Shown here piece after piece: positions 1 to 10,900 of a DNA stretch of 64,000 nucleotides. A model generated the notes under the pieces. It had not been told where the DNA came from, did not search any database, and saw nothing but the letters and a program-made list of their open reading frames with translations. The stretch covers positions 448,001 through 512,000 of the forward strand of contig CBDCDS010000003.1 in the NCBI GenBank assembly GCA_965215365.1. The letters are read 5' to 3'. The position numbers and the translations under genes are program-made. Position 1 is the stretch's first letter. Every line of letters begins with the position of its first letter. The stretch comes from Gammaproteobacteria bacterium. Lineage in GTDB: Bacteria > Pseudomonadota > Gammaproteobacteria > Eutrophobiales > Eutrophobiaceae.

Positions 1-725
1 CTGCGCGCCGGGCCCGCATAGCTGAGGTGGTGCAGCTGCTGGCGATCGCCGATTTTCGTCATAAACATCCGCACCAGTTATCGGGCGGCCAGCAACAGCG
101 GGTTGCCATCGCCCGCGCCTTGGCCCCGCGCCCGCAGCTGCTGCTGCTAGATGAGCCTTTTTCCAATATGGATGTTGAGTTAAGAGAGCAGATCGCCCGC
201 GAGTTGCGCGCCATCCTCAAACAGGACGGCATGACCGCCATGCTGGTCACCCATAACCAGTTGGAGGCCTTTGCCATGGCCGATGAGATCGGCGTCATCC
301 GCGATGGCAGGTTGCTGCAATGGGATAACGCTTTTAACCTGTACCACCGTCCGGCCGGCCCACAGGTTGCGGATTTTATCGGTGAAGGCGTATTGCTGGA
401 CGGCCTCGCCATCAGCCCTAAGCAGGTCAGCACCGAACTGGGCGTGCTGACCGGCGCCGCCGCCCATGGCCACGCGCCGCAAACACGAGTTTCGGTACTG
501 CTGCGCCCGGACGACATCGTGCATGACGACAGCAGCAAACAAACCGCCACCGTGCGCGACAAGGTGTTCCGCGGCGCCGCGTTTCTCTACACCCTCGCCC
601 TGCCCAGCGGCGCCCGCATCCTGAGCCTGGTCCCCAGCCACCACGACCACGCCATTGGTGAGGATATTGGCATTCGGCCGCAGCTGGACCACTTGGTACT
701 CTTTCGATCTGATATTGCCATGTAG
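1..725 (+). CDS. ABC transporter ATP-binding subunit (Fe3+/FbpC-PotA-like), 5'-partial
   Basis: LSGGQQQRVAIARAL signature, LLLLDEPFS Walker B, TOBE-like C-terminus. Walker A lies upstream of the window. Confidence 0.85.
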   Translation, partial: ARRARIAEVVQLLAIADFRHKHPHQLSGGQQQRVAIARALAPRPQLLLLDEPFSNMDVELREQIARELRAILKQDGMTAMLVTHNQLEAFAMADEIGVIRDGRLLQWDNAFNLYHRPAGPQVADFIGEGVLLDGLAISPKQVSTELGVLTGAAAHGHAPQTRVSVLLRPDDIVHDDSSKQTATVRDKVFRGAAFLYTLALPSGARILSLVPSHHDHAIGEDIGIRPQLDHLVLFRSDIAM

Positions 726-828
726 CGGGTCGGGAAGCGGCTGAGCGCAAGGCGCGCCGTGCAAGTACGGGAGTATGCCTGACGCTATTCCCGACAACCC
801 TGAGGTCACTGCTTGCCAACATGGTCTG

Positions 829-2613
829 CTATCTGGTTCTCAATCGATATTGCTGCAGCCTGCTTTGTGGTTTATCGGGTAGCGTGTACTCTATAATTCG
901 TTTTTCAACCAGCAACCGAATGATTCTGTTAAGTTGACCAGAAACCTGTTTTTGTCCCAGTTTTCTGGATATTTCTACTTTCGACATGGGACCTTCAGTC
1001 AGAAAACCGACTATGGTAGCTTCCAGCGACTCTAGCTGCGACTCTAGCTGCGACTCTGGCTGTGACTCTGGCTGCGACTCTGGCTGTGACTCTGGCTGCG
1101 ACTCTGGCTGTGACTCTGGCTGCGACTCTGGCTGCGACTCTGGCTGCGACTCTGGCTGCGACTCTGGCTGCGACTCTGGCTGCGACTCTGGCTGCGACTC
1201 TGGCTGCGACTCTGGCTGCGACTCTGGCTGCGACTCTGGCTGCGACTCTGGCTGTGACTCTGGCTGCGACTCTGGCTGTGACTCTGGCTGCGACTCTGGC
1301 TGCGACTCTGGCTGCGACTCTGGCTGCGACTCTGGCTGCGACTCTGGCTGCGACTCTGGCTGTGACTCTGGCTGCGACTCTGGCTGTGACTCTGGCTGTG
1401 ACTCTGGCTGCGACTCTGGCTGCGACTCTGGCTGTGACTCTGGCTGCGACTCTGGCTGCGACTTTGGCAGATCTCTGACTTGGTCTCTTACATTATCGCT
1501 GTGAATCACCAAGTCCGGTCTGAATGGAAATTCCACCCACATACCCCCATCTACGCGTAATACAGGTTCGGGGAAACCATTCAGCCGACACGATTTAAGT
1601 ATTTCACCGATACCTCTTCCCCATGCCTCGATCATTCCCGCCCGGAAAAATGCCTCAGCAATGTCGGGGTTAAACGGAATGGACGTATGCAGCCGGACAA
1701 GGTTATCTATGGTCCACCCAGGCGGAAGCTGTCCGGGATTCCATATAACCAACTTATCGTCGTAGACTTTGATTTGAATGGGGATGGAACTGCTGTAATC
1801 CTTGTGGGTGACTGCATTGAGCAGCGCTTCGCGCAAGGCATACTCTGCGACCGGAAATGTCTCTTTACGGCGGATGCCCTGGTATGAGATAGCTGCTTTT
1901 AAGTATTTAGTTAGCAATATATCAACGATAAGTTCTACCTGTGCCAGAATCGAGCCGCGCACCTCATCCTGATAAGAAAGTGTAGCATCGTCGCGGAAGT
2001 AGCCGATTTTTACATAAGCGCCACTGATCAACCTGTGTGGCTCGGGGTGAAATAACAAAACGCCCGCCCGTTTCAGGTAGCCTCCGTCGATTAAATTCAG
2101 CTTGTCCAGCATGAATTTGTCGGAAACATTCAAGGTTTCCGGGGGCAGGCGTTGACTTTCCACACCCGCACGACGAAACGTTGCCAGCGCGCGTTCATCC
2201 AAATCTTCCACTCCGGGGCCGGGTATAGGTGAGCCATCCCAGGCACGTCCCACCTTTTCCAATAAGAAGCGTTCCAGCGCCGCGCCTTTCAGTACCTGTT
2301 TAGTGCTCCCGCTACGATAATGGTATTGGCCTTTATAGCTGATGGGTCTGGGGTATGGCTTGACCGTGATGGAAAGAAAGGGAACCGTATTCGACGCTTC
2401 CAAATTGACGTCAACCACAATCCCGAGCGTTGACACGACCTTGTTCGGAATCTCCTCGAGCAGCCGTTCAATGTTCTTCAATCCAAGAACTTTTCCGTTG
2501 TCGTCCTTGCCGATTTCCAGCACACCGCCCTGAGCGTTGGCAAAACCGCAAATCCATTTCAGGTATTCATCCCGCCAAGAAGGTTTCCATTCGATGTGTT
2601 GTCCCTCGTTCAT
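829..2613 (-). CDS. AlbA_2/Schlafen + RecG-C-terminal-like ATP-binding protein with PESQ repeat linker and C-terminal winged HTH
   Basis: N-terminal EGQHIEWK..WICGFANAQGG (AlbA_2), ALREALLNAVTHKDY and IEAWGRGI (HATPase_c_4-like), C-terminal IEYTLPDKPQSRLQQYRLT. Confidence 0.8.
   Translation of the reverse strand: MNEGQHIEWKPSWRDEYLKWICGFANAQGGVLEIGKDDNGKVLGLKNIERLLEEIPNKVVSTLGIVVDVNLEASNTVPFLSITVKPYPRPISYKGQYHYRSGSTKQVLKGAALERFLLEKVGRAWDGSPIPGPGVEDLDERALATFRRAGVESQRLPPETLNVSDKFMLDKLNLIDGGYLKRAGVLLFHPEPHRLISGAYVKIGYFRDDATLSYQDEVRGSILAQVELIVDILLTKYLKAAISYQGIRRKETFPVAEYALREALLNAVTHKDYSSSIPIQIKVYDDKLVIWNPGQLPPGWTIDNLVRLHTSIPFNPDIAEAFFRAGMIEAWGRGIGEILKSCRLNGFPEPVLRVDGGMWVEFPFRPDLVIHSDNVRDQVRDLPKSQPESQPESQPESQPESQPESQPESQPESQPESQPESQPESQPESQPESQPESQPESQPESQPESQPESQPESQPESQPESQPESQPESQPESQPESQPESQPESQPESQPESQPESQPESQPESQPESQPESQPESQLESQLESLEATIVGFLTEGPMSKVEISRKLGQKQVSGQLNRIIRLLVEKRIIEYTLPDKPQSRLQQYRLRTR
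1028..1459. repeat. 12-bp coding tandem repeat (GACTCTGGCTGY) x~36, encoding (PESQ)n
   Basis: Directly visible: 432 bp with 12-bp period and TGC/TGT variation. Confidence 0.97.
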
Positions 2614-2629
2614 GCCGACGGATAACCTT

Positions 2630-2749
2630 TAGCCCGCATATCTCACCAAATCACTTGTTGCCTTATGCAACATGATTGCTCTCAATAAGTTATGGTAATA
2701 CTTCTGCTCTTTCCACGTAACACACTGCGTTGGTGAGATATGCGGGCTA
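2630..2749. mobile_element. MITE family A, complete copy (TA-flanked)
   Basis: Terminal inverted repeats TAGCCCGCATATCTCACCA...TGGTGAGATATGCGGGCTA, non-coding, related copies elsewhere in the window. Confidence 0.85.
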
Positions 2750-2756
2750 AAAGAGG

Positions 2757-4715
2757 TCAGAAGATAAAATCAGCCTCGGTCAGAGTCGCCGATTGATAGC
2801 CTTCCAGGGTAATCGTTACCCCGCCCTGGGCGCTGAGGTCAATGATCAGGCCGCGGTCAGTCTGCGTCAGGGTGAGGTCCGCGAACGCGTCAAGCTCCGC
2901 GAATGCCGAGAGGTCGATGCGGTCGGCGCCGCGCTCGAAATCACCGATGGTATCGTCGCCATGGCCGGGTTTGAATACAAACGTATCCGCCCCCGCCCCG
3001 CCGTACAGCGTGTCGTTGCCGGTACCGCCGACCAGGCTGTCGGTGCCGGCCTCTCCGGACAGGAGATCGTTACCGCGGCCACCGTACAGGGCATCATCGC
3101 CGCCGCCGCCGTGCAAGGTATCATCGCCGCCGCCGGGGCCGCCATACAATTTGTCGTTACCGGCCCGCCCCAGCAGGGTGTTGGCGCGGCTGTCGCCGGC
3201 CAGAATGTCATCGTGGTCGGAGCCGTGCAGGGCTTCAATGTCCGGGACCTGCTCGGTCTGTGTGTGACCGGCCGCGTCCCGGTAGTCGACGGCCAGCAGC
3301 TGTCCGAAGCGGTCGCCGTCGGCGTCCCCGCCCCGGGCCGTGGCGGTATGCAGGCGCACCACCACCCCGGCAGACGAGCCCTGATAGCTGGCCGTATCCT
3401 GGCCGTCGCCGCCGCTGAGGGTATCCGCGCCCGGCCCACCGCGCAGCCAGTCATCGCCCCGGCCGCCGTCCAGCACATCATTGCCGCCAGCGGCGCCGGA
3501 GAGGTAGTCGCCGTGCAGCACATCGGCACCGCCGCGCCCGGCCAGCCGGTCCGGGCCGTCCCCGCCGGCCAGCACGTTGGCCTCGTCATCACCGGCCAGA
3601 CTGTCGGCGTGGGCCGAGCCCATCAGGCTGTTAATGGCCTCGAACGTGTCACCGGCGGCGTCCCCGCCTTGGGCCGTACCGTCATGTAGGTGTACGGTCA
3701 CGCCTTCAGGCGAGTGCCGGTAGCCGGCGAAGGTGGTGGCACTGGCATCGACTCTGGCACTGCCGAGCAGCCGGTCGGCGCCGGCACCGCCTTCCAGGTA
3801 ATCCCAGTGGCCGCGGCTGAGACCGCCGCCAGCCAGGACATCATTGCCCGCGCCACCCCACAGTTCGTTGCCGAAGCGATTGCCGCTCAGCGTATCGGCG
3901 TGGGCCGAGCCGATAATTCCGTCGATGCCGTGCAGGGTATCCCCGGCCGCGTCCCCGCCTTGAGCGGTGCCGTCGTAGAGGTGCACGGTCACGCCGGCCG
4001 GCGAGGCGGTGTAGGCGGCCCACTCGAAGCGGGTGCCGTAGTCAGGGTTCGGGTCGATGTGCCCCACCAGCACATCGGCGCCAGCGCCGCCTTCCAGGGT
4101 ATTAAAGCCGGCGCCCGCATACAGCCAGTCATCCCCCCCGCCGCCGCGCAGCATGTTGTTCTGGCCGCCATGCCCGAACAGCCAGTTCACCTGATCGTTG
4201 CCGGTCAGTGTATCATCGTATGCGGAGCCTTCCAGCGCCCAGGCCACGGCCTCTGCGGCCAGAGTCACCTCCACGCCGCGCTCTGCATCCCGGTAACTTT
4301 CAATCAGGCCCTCGCCGCGGCGCGCCGAAACCGTCAGCACATACCCGCCGGAGTTGTCCTGCGCCGGGTTGCGCGCGTACGCGGCGGCGCTGAGATAGTA
4401 AGTGTCATCGCGCGGCGCGGTGAAGCTGAGCATGGAGTAACGGTTCCCCGCAGCCAGATCAATGTCGTCGTTGAAAGCCAGCCGCTCGCCGGCGCTGTTG
4501 TACAGGGTGAGAATGGTATCTGCGGAAGGGGTTTCGCCGTGACCGGCGAGGGCAATGTCGTAAGTCTCCCCGGCCGTGAGCTCGATGGCTATCCAGTCCT
4601 CATCCTTACGGTCTGCCAGGACACCTTCGAGGCGGTCGGCAAAGTACGGCATAAAGTACCGGGTGCCGGCGTCGGCTGCGGCATCCAGGGCCGGGACTTC
4701 TGTTATCGTTACCAT
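2757..4715 (-). CDS. RTX/hemolysin-type calcium-binding protein with N-terminal PPC-like domain
   Basis: Many GGxGxDxLxG nonapeptides, DEDWIAIELTAGETY...DTILTLYNSAGERLAFNDD (PPC), C-terminal T1SS-like ...ADFIF. Start may be 4715 (ATG) or 4748. Confidence 0.85.
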   Translation of the reverse strand: MVTITEVPALDAAADAGTRYFMPYFADRLEGVLADRKDEDWIAIELTAGETYDIALAGHGETPSADTILTLYNSAGERLAFNDDIDLAAGNRYSMLSFTAPRDDTYYLSAAAYARNPAQDNSGGYVLTVSARRGEGLIESYRDAERGVEVTLAAEAVAWALEGSAYDDTLTGNDQVNWLFGHGGQNNMLRGGGGDDWLYAGAGFNTLEGGAGADVLVGHIDPNPDYGTRFEWAAYTASPAGVTVHLYDGTAQGGDAAGDTLHGIDGIIGSAHADTLSGNRFGNELWGGAGNDVLAGGGLSRGHWDYLEGGAGADRLLGSARVDASATTFAGYRHSPEGVTVHLHDGTAQGGDAAGDTFEAINSLMGSAHADSLAGDDEANVLAGGDGPDRLAGRGGADVLHGDYLSGAAGGNDVLDGGRGDDWLRGGPGADTLSGGDGQDTASYQGSSAGVVVRLHTATARGGDADGDRFGQLLAVDYRDAAGHTQTEQVPDIEALHGSDHDDILAGDSRANTLLGRAGNDKLYGGPGGGDDTLHGGGGDDALYGGRGNDLLSGEAGTDSLVGGTGNDTLYGGAGADTFVFKPGHGDDTIGDFERGADRIDLSAFAELDAFADLTLTQTDRGLIIDLSAQGGVTITLEGYQSATLTEADFIF

Positions 4716-4744
4716 GGCTTCACCCTGGTAAGGGGTTGCTGTCG

Positions 4745-7591
4745 TCAAAACCGCGCCCTCCCTTCCAGCAGCAGAGCATGGTCGGCCTCGCCGCCGCCGT
4801 CAGCACCGTTGCGCTCGCTGACCAGGTGCAGTTCCAGCGTCTCGGCTGCGCGCCAACGCAGGCCGGCGCGGTAACGCGCGGCGTATTGCCATTGCGTCTC
4901 CAGGTAGGAGGTGAAACGACCGCGTTGGCGGGCGTCCCAACCGTAACTCAGTTTCATGTTCAGGCGGGCGCGGTAGTTGGGTGCCGCCCGGGTGGGCGTC
5001 TCCCGGCGCAAGCCTTGCGTCCACAGTTGCTGTACGCCGCTGTCGGCTTGGCCGTAGCCGGGTGTCAGGCTGAGCGTCAGGCCGCGCCCGTCGCGCCAGC
5101 TTTGCCATTCGGCGTGGCCTTGCAGCCCCCACTCCTGGTAGCCGTCGCGCCCGACCAGAGTACGCGCCTGGCCATGCAGGGCGAGGGGGCCGGCCGTGTA
5201 ATGCAGCGTGCCACCCAGCTCCGCGCCCAGCCCTCCCTGTCCATCGCCGCCGTCATGGCGCAGGCCCAGTTGCAGGGTTGGAGTGAATACTGCGCCGTCG
5301 GTCAGGCGCCGGGTGTGGCCGGCCTCAACGGCCAGACGCAGGCGCCGGGCGTTGGTCGTAGCAGACTCAGTCTCCAGCCCCGTGAGCAGGCCCTCGGCCT
5401 TGACGCGCAAGGTCAGGGCTGCCGTGTCCCAAAGCCGGCCTTCGAGGCCACCGCCCAGGGTGCGGGTGTTAATATCTGCGCGGTAGCTGAGGTCAGCGCG
5501 GCGGCTGTTGAGATGGCCCCAGCCCAGGCCGCCGCTGATCCAGGCGCTCAGGCGCGCACGCGTCCAGCCGGCGTAGGGATGGACGCCAAGCAGGGACAGT
5601 GTGTGGCGCTTGTTGCCAGCGCTATCCCGTTCGTCCCAACCGGCGCGTTGCCAGCCCACGGCTGACCCCGCCGTAAGCGCCTCGGTGAGGCGCAACTCGG
5701 CGCCGAGACGCGCCCCCAGCAGGTCGCCGTCCCAGTCAAGGCCATCACTATGGCCGCCGACATTGCGGTAGGCGCCGTCGCTCCATAAGGCCAGGGAGGC
5801 AAGGCCGGTGCGGGTGGCGTCGGTATCCTGCGCGAGGGGTAGCACAAAGTCGGCGTTATCCAGCAGCGCCTGCCAGTTGACCGGTGCCGCCGGCGTGACC
5901 CAACCGGAGTCCACCCGCGCCGCCGCCCGGGCCGGGTCGAACGCGTCCGCGGCCGGCGCGTTCAAGGTAGAGCCGGGCAGAACGCCGGCGAGCGCCTGTC
6001 GCAGTCGGGCCAGGGTCGGCGTGCCGGCGCCGGGTGCCGGCGCCCGGCGCGTAGCCTCAAGGCGCGCGGCAATGCTGCCCTGGGTGTCGTCTGCCAAGGT
6101 GCGGGCCAGATCCGGCAAGCTGCGGTGGTCCGCCGCAAGGGGCGGGGCGGCCGCGCGAGTCAGGGTCACGGTATAGGTGCGGGTGGTGCCGCCGGCACTG
6201 ACCGTGATGGGAACGGGATTGCTGCCGACATGCAGGGCTACCGGGGCGGCGGCCGTGCCGTTGGCAACAGTCCTCCCGGCGATGGCAATGCGGGCGTTGT
6301 GGTCATGGCTCATGGGGGTGACGGTGACCTCAGTGACATGGTTGGGCACCACGCCTGTGTAGCGGGTGGCAGCGGCGCCAAACACCGGAGACAACGTGAT
6401 GGGGGACGCATCGTTGCCCATCACTACCAGCGCCGGCAGCGCTGCCACCGGCGCCGGCGGCGCGGCGCGGTCGAGGGTGAGGGTGTAGGCGCGGGTGGCG
6501 GCGCCGTTCTCGGCGGTGATGACAATCTCAATGACGTTCCGCCCCACATTCAGGGCAATGGCGGCGCTGGCCTGGCCGCGTGCAAGGGTCTGCGTGGCGA
6601 CGGTGGCGGTAGCGTTGCGGTGCCGGGTAACGGGGTTGAGGGTGACGGCCGTGACCTCATGGGCTACCTGCGCGGTGTAGGCCGTGGTGTCGAGGGCGAA
6701 GGCCGGGCTCAGGGCCACGCGTGCCTCGTTGCTACCGGTGACGCGCAGGGTGGACAGGGTGGCATCGCTTGAAGGGGCGGGAGTCCCACCACCACCACCA
6801 CCGCCACCACCGCCGCCACCACCGCCGCCACCGCCGTCTGTGGGCTGCTGCGGTTGCTGTGGCTGCTGCGGTTGCTGTGGCTGCTGCGGTTGCTGCGGTT
6901 GTTGGGGCTGCTGCGGTTGTTGCGGCTGCTGCGGTTGTTGCGGCTGCGGCAGCGCCCGGAGCGTGAAGGTCAGTTCGGCCATCGGCGCATTTGAGAACCT
7001 CCCGCGTCCGCGCAGGCTGGTGATCGTCCCTTGCGGGGTCGTATCCGGGTTACTGAGGGAGAACCCGGTACCGTCCTCCGTGCCCGCGTCCCAGGCGTAC
7101 AGACTGATACGTTCGGTCGTCTTCCACCCATCCCCGCTGCGTAGCGAATGCCCGGAAATACCGACGAACCAGTCCGGACTGGGCCCGATCATGGATAGCA
7201 GTGTCACCAGCGGGTGCGCCGGGGTCACTGTTATGGTGAAACTGCGCGTGCCGGTGGCGCCGGTCCCGCCGGCGCTGATCAGTGCTCTCTTGCGGGCGTC
7301 CGCAACCGCGTTGTACTCGCTAATGAACCCTCCGGTGGCGCCGAGCTCGGCAACGCCTTCGACTCCCGCCGTAGCGGTCCCGCCCGGCGCCCAGAATCTG
7401 TGGCTGCTGTTGTGCACGGCGCCGATGAGGGTGGTGAAGTGCGCGCCCCCGGCGACGCCGCCAGGTGTGCTGCTGCTGTTCCACTTCCCGGTGAAGGTTA
7501 CATCGTAGGTCCTGACGCCGGCGTCCTGAGCCGCTGCCGGCGGCGACAGCGCAAGCATCAACAGCAGCGCTGCGGCGAGCGCGCTCATCAT
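4745..7591 (-). CDS. Autotransporter: Spondin_N domain, PQQ/poly-Gly linker, two cadherin-like beta-sandwich domains, beta-barrel
   Basis: Signal peptide ending AAAQ. YDVTFTGKW...LIGAVHN...LSMIGPSPDWFVG...LYAWDAGTEDG is Spondin_N-like. Two SP-F...Y...VITVT repeats, terminal Phe. ORF track extends to 7777. Confidence 0.8.
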   Translation of the reverse strand: MMSALAAALLLMLALSPPAAAQDAGVRTYDVTFTGKWNSSSTPGGVAGGAHFTTLIGAVHNSSHRFWAPGGTATAGVEGVAELGATGGFISEYNAVADARKRALISAGGTGATGTRSFTITVTPAHPLVTLLSMIGPSPDWFVGISGHSLRSGDGWKTTERISLYAWDAGTEDGTGFSLSNPDTTPQGTITSLRGRGRFSNAPMAELTFTLRALPQPQQPQQPQQPQQPQQPQQPQQPQQPQQPQQPQQPTDGGGGGGGGGGGGGGGGGTPAPSSDATLSTLRVTGSNEARVALSPAFALDTTAYTAQVAHEVTAVTLNPVTRHRNATATVATQTLARGQASAAIALNVGRNVIEIVITAENGAATRAYTLTLDRAAPPAPVAALPALVVMGNDASPITLSPVFGAAATRYTGVVPNHVTEVTVTPMSHDHNARIAIAGRTVANGTAAAPVALHVGSNPVPITVSAGGTTRTYTVTLTRAAAPPLAADHRSLPDLARTLADDTQGSIAARLEATRRAPAPGAGTPTLARLRQALAGVLPGSTLNAPAADAFDPARAAARVDSGWVTPAAPVNWQALLDNADFVLPLAQDTDATRTGLASLALWSDGAYRNVGGHSDGLDWDGDLLGARLGAELRLTEALTAGSAVGWQRAGWDERDSAGNKRHTLSLLGVHPYAGWTRARLSAWISGGLGWGHLNSRRADLSYRADINTRTLGGGLEGRLWDTAALTLRVKAEGLLTGLETESATTNARRLRLAVEAGHTRRLTDGAVFTPTLQLGLRHDGGDGQGGLGAELGGTLHYTAGPLALHGQARTLVGRDGYQEWGLQGHAEWQSWRDGRGLTLSLTPGYGQADSGVQQLWTQGLRRETPTRAAPNYRARLNMKLSYGWDARQRGRFTSYLETQWQYAARYRAGLRWRAAETLELHLVSERNGADGGGEADHALLLEGRARF
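6787..6950. repeat. Coding low-complexity repeats: poly-Gly (CCA/CCG)n and 9-bp (PQQ)n
   Basis: Visible in sequence, within the autotransporter linker. Confidence 0.9.
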
Positions 7592-7790
7592 CCCACCCGC
7601 GCGCGCCCGCGGCGGAAATAACCTGCAACAATCCCCAACAACGCCACGGAGGGCATTCTCAGAGCTTCTTTTATATTCTCTTTGCATACTCATCAGGCTG
7701 CATCTCTGCTGCAAATTGATGCTGCAAATTGACAGCGATTTTATCGAGACGGGGATATAATAACCTGTAAAACGCACTTTGTGGCATTTT

Positions 7791-7910
7791 TGGTGAGATC
7801 TGCGCGCTAACCCGCAGATCTCACCCGGTCGCTTGTTGCCTTGTGAAACATAATTGCTCTCAATAAGTGATGATCATACTGCTACTCTTTCCGCATAACC
7901 CACTGCGCTT
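7791..7910. mobile_element. MITE family A: a right TIR abutting a second partial copy that overlaps the RND 3' end
   Basis: TGGTGAGATCTGCGCGCTAACCCGCAGATCTCACC followed by an interior similar to 2630-2749. Confidence 0.75.
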
Positions 7911-10900
7911 GATGCGCCCTCGCTGGTCTTGGTTCTGCCTGCCGACAGTCCCGGCCGGCTTCGAGCCAAGGGCCATAAACGTCCGGTACAGTAAGGGGAT
8001 AACAAATAAGGTCAACAATGTGGAAAACATCAGCCCCCAGACGATGGCGGTGGCCACAGGGCCCCAGACCACCGACTCCCCGGCCAGACCGGTAGCTAGT
8101 GACAGCAGCCCGGCTATGGTGGTCATGGAGGTGATAAGGATGGGGATCACGCGGCGTCTGGCGGCATACACCGTGGCATGCAGCAGACCCATGCCGCTGG
8201 CCAGACGCATATTGGCGGCGGAGATCAGCACGATGGCGGCATTCACGGAAATGCCGACCAGGGCCACCACCCCGTAGATGGTAAACAGGCTCAAGGGGTT
8301 GCCGGTGACCAGCAGCCCTAGGGTCACGCCGGTGAAGGTCAACGGCACCGTCGCCAGCACCATAAAGGGCTGGAAATAGCTGCGAAATTGCGTCCCCAGG
8401 ATGATATAGATGAGGCCCAGGCCCAGCAGCATCAGCAACCAGATGGCGTCGAGGCTCTCCTGAATGTCGTCCAGTTCGCCGGTCTGGTCCAAGGTGATCT
8501 GGGGATACCGGCCTTGCAGGGTGCGCCACTGTTTGGTGATGAGGTTGTTAGCCTCTATGGTGTTGATCTGCTCCCGATCGATATCGGCCTCGATGGTAAT
8601 GGCCCGACGGAAGTTATAATGCCGGATATTCTGGCGCCCGATTTCGGAGCTGACGATTAGCAGCTCAGCCAGGGCGACAGAACGGCCGTCCGGCAGGGAC
8701 AGCGTCTGGCGCATCAGGTTGTCGATGTTGGTATGGCGGTCCTGTTTTGCCAGCAACCGCACTTTTACCTCCTCGCCCTGATCCTGGAAGTCGGTGACAA
8801 TCTCCCCGTCCACATAAGCCCGCAGGGCCGGCCCGATCAAGCCAGGATTGAGCCCGGCGCGCTGTATCGCCTCGCCGTCCAGGCGCAGCACCAGTTCCGG
8901 GTTGCCGGGGCGGTAGTCCGTGGTGATATTTTTATACACCCCCTGCTGTTCGAGAAAATCCCGCAGGTCGTTGGTGGCGCGGAGCATGGTCGGGTAGTCG
9001 CTGCCCAGTATTTTGGCGACGACAGCCCGGCTCGCCGGCGGGCCGCCCTGCAATTCCAGGATCGACATGCGCACCGGCCCCGGTATTCCCTGTACCCGCT
9101 GCAATACCGCGTCGGCAATCACCGAGACCTGACGGCCGACGGCGCCCTGTGGGTGCAGGCTGAACAGGATCTGGCCTTTGGTATCGCCGAACAACGGCTC
9201 GGCCTCTGTGATCTGGTACCCGGCAACGCTGACTGCGGCGCGCAGTTCCCCCGGCAGGAACTCTTTCCGGGCCTGTTGTTCCAGACCGAGCAAGGCGCGA
9301 TCGGTCTGCTCCAGGGTAACGCCCTGCGGCATTTCGACGTTCAGATAGAACAGCCGTTCGGAGTCGAACTCAAAGAAATTAAAGCGGATCAGGCCGGAGG
9401 CCAGGGCGCCCGCAGCCAGCGTAACAGCCAGGATAATGCCGGCCACAGTGATGAACGGGTGGCGCAGGGAGGTTGCCAGGGCGCGGGTATAGCGCAAGCG
9501 CAACCAGTAATTGAGCGCTTCTCTTTTTCTGCCGACCGACCCGGCTTTGCTGAAGTTGACCCCGGATGCCAGTACATGCGCCGGTAAAATCCAGTACGCT
9601 TCGAGCAGGCTGATGAGCAGGGCGATGGTGACCACCAGGGGAATGACTTTCATAAACTCTCCCAGGATGCCCGGCAACACTACCAGCGGCAGGAACGCGG
9701 CAATGGTAGTCAGCACCGAACTGGTGACCGGGGCGAACACTTCCCGAAATGAGGCGACTACCGCAGCCATGGCCTGCGCGCCGCGCTGCAAGCGGTAGTA
9801 AATGGCCTCAACCACGACTACAGCGTCATCAACGATCATGCCCAGTACGATCACCACACCGAGCAGTACGGAATTGTTCAGGGTAAAACCGGTGGCGTTC
9901 AGCGCCAGGAAGGTGCCGCACAGGGTAAAAGGAATGCCGATGGTAGTCAGCAAGGCAATGCGCGTGCCCAGGAACAACAAGGTCACCAGCAACACCAGAA
10001 ACAGGCCGACCAGGGCATTGGACTGCATGATGGCAATCGCGGCGCGGGTACTGACGGTCTGGTCGTCGGCCAGGGTCAGTTCAACGCCGGTCGTGTCCTT
10101 GAAACGGTTGCGCTCGTCAAGATACTCATTTAAGGTATCCACCAGTTCCAGCACATTGGCGTCCGCGGTCTTGGTAATCGACAGGAGCATGGCCGGTTTG
10201 CCATTGTGCCTGACAATTTCTCCCGGCTCCTCGCGGGTGCGAACCAGTTCCGCGACACTGCCGAGCGGCACCACGCCGGCCGCAGTGACGATTGGGACAT
10301 CCTTGAGCGCGGCAATATCGGCGCTGGCGCCCTGCAAGCGCACCACCCATTTGCCGTCCCCGGTTTCCAGGTCACCGGCGGACACATCCTGAAAATAAGT
10401 GCGTAAGGTGTCGGCAATAGCAGCCGGGGTCAGGCCCAACCCTTCCAGGCGCTCGGGGAAAAATGCCACTTGCAACTCCGGATCGGTCATGCCGGTGTCT
10501 TCCACCCGGTCCACGCCCTTGATGCGCTCCAGATCCTTTTTGACGAACTGGGTCTGGCGCCGGAGATTTTCATCGTCACCGGCGCTGGTGACGACCACCA
10601 TGGCGCTGGGGAAGGCGTTGGAGGTGCTTAACTCAAACACCAGCAGGACTTCTGCGCCTTCCGGAAACTCATCGACTTCGGTGTTCTGCACCTCCCGGCG
10701 CAGGTCGATCATGTGTTTGTCAAATACATCCTGCTCGATTTGCTGGAAACGTACCAGCACCATGGAGATACCATCGCGGCTGGTGCTGTTCACAAACTTG
10801 ATATCCTTGACGCTGCGGCGCAGGGCGTCTTCCAGGGGATCGGTCACGCGCTGTTCGACATCAATGGCGGCGGCGCCCGGGAATAACGTGACGATGTTTA

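Noticed and set aside
986-1504. (SGCD)n and (TLAA)n ORFs
   Set aside because: They are antisense shadows of the PESQ repeat.
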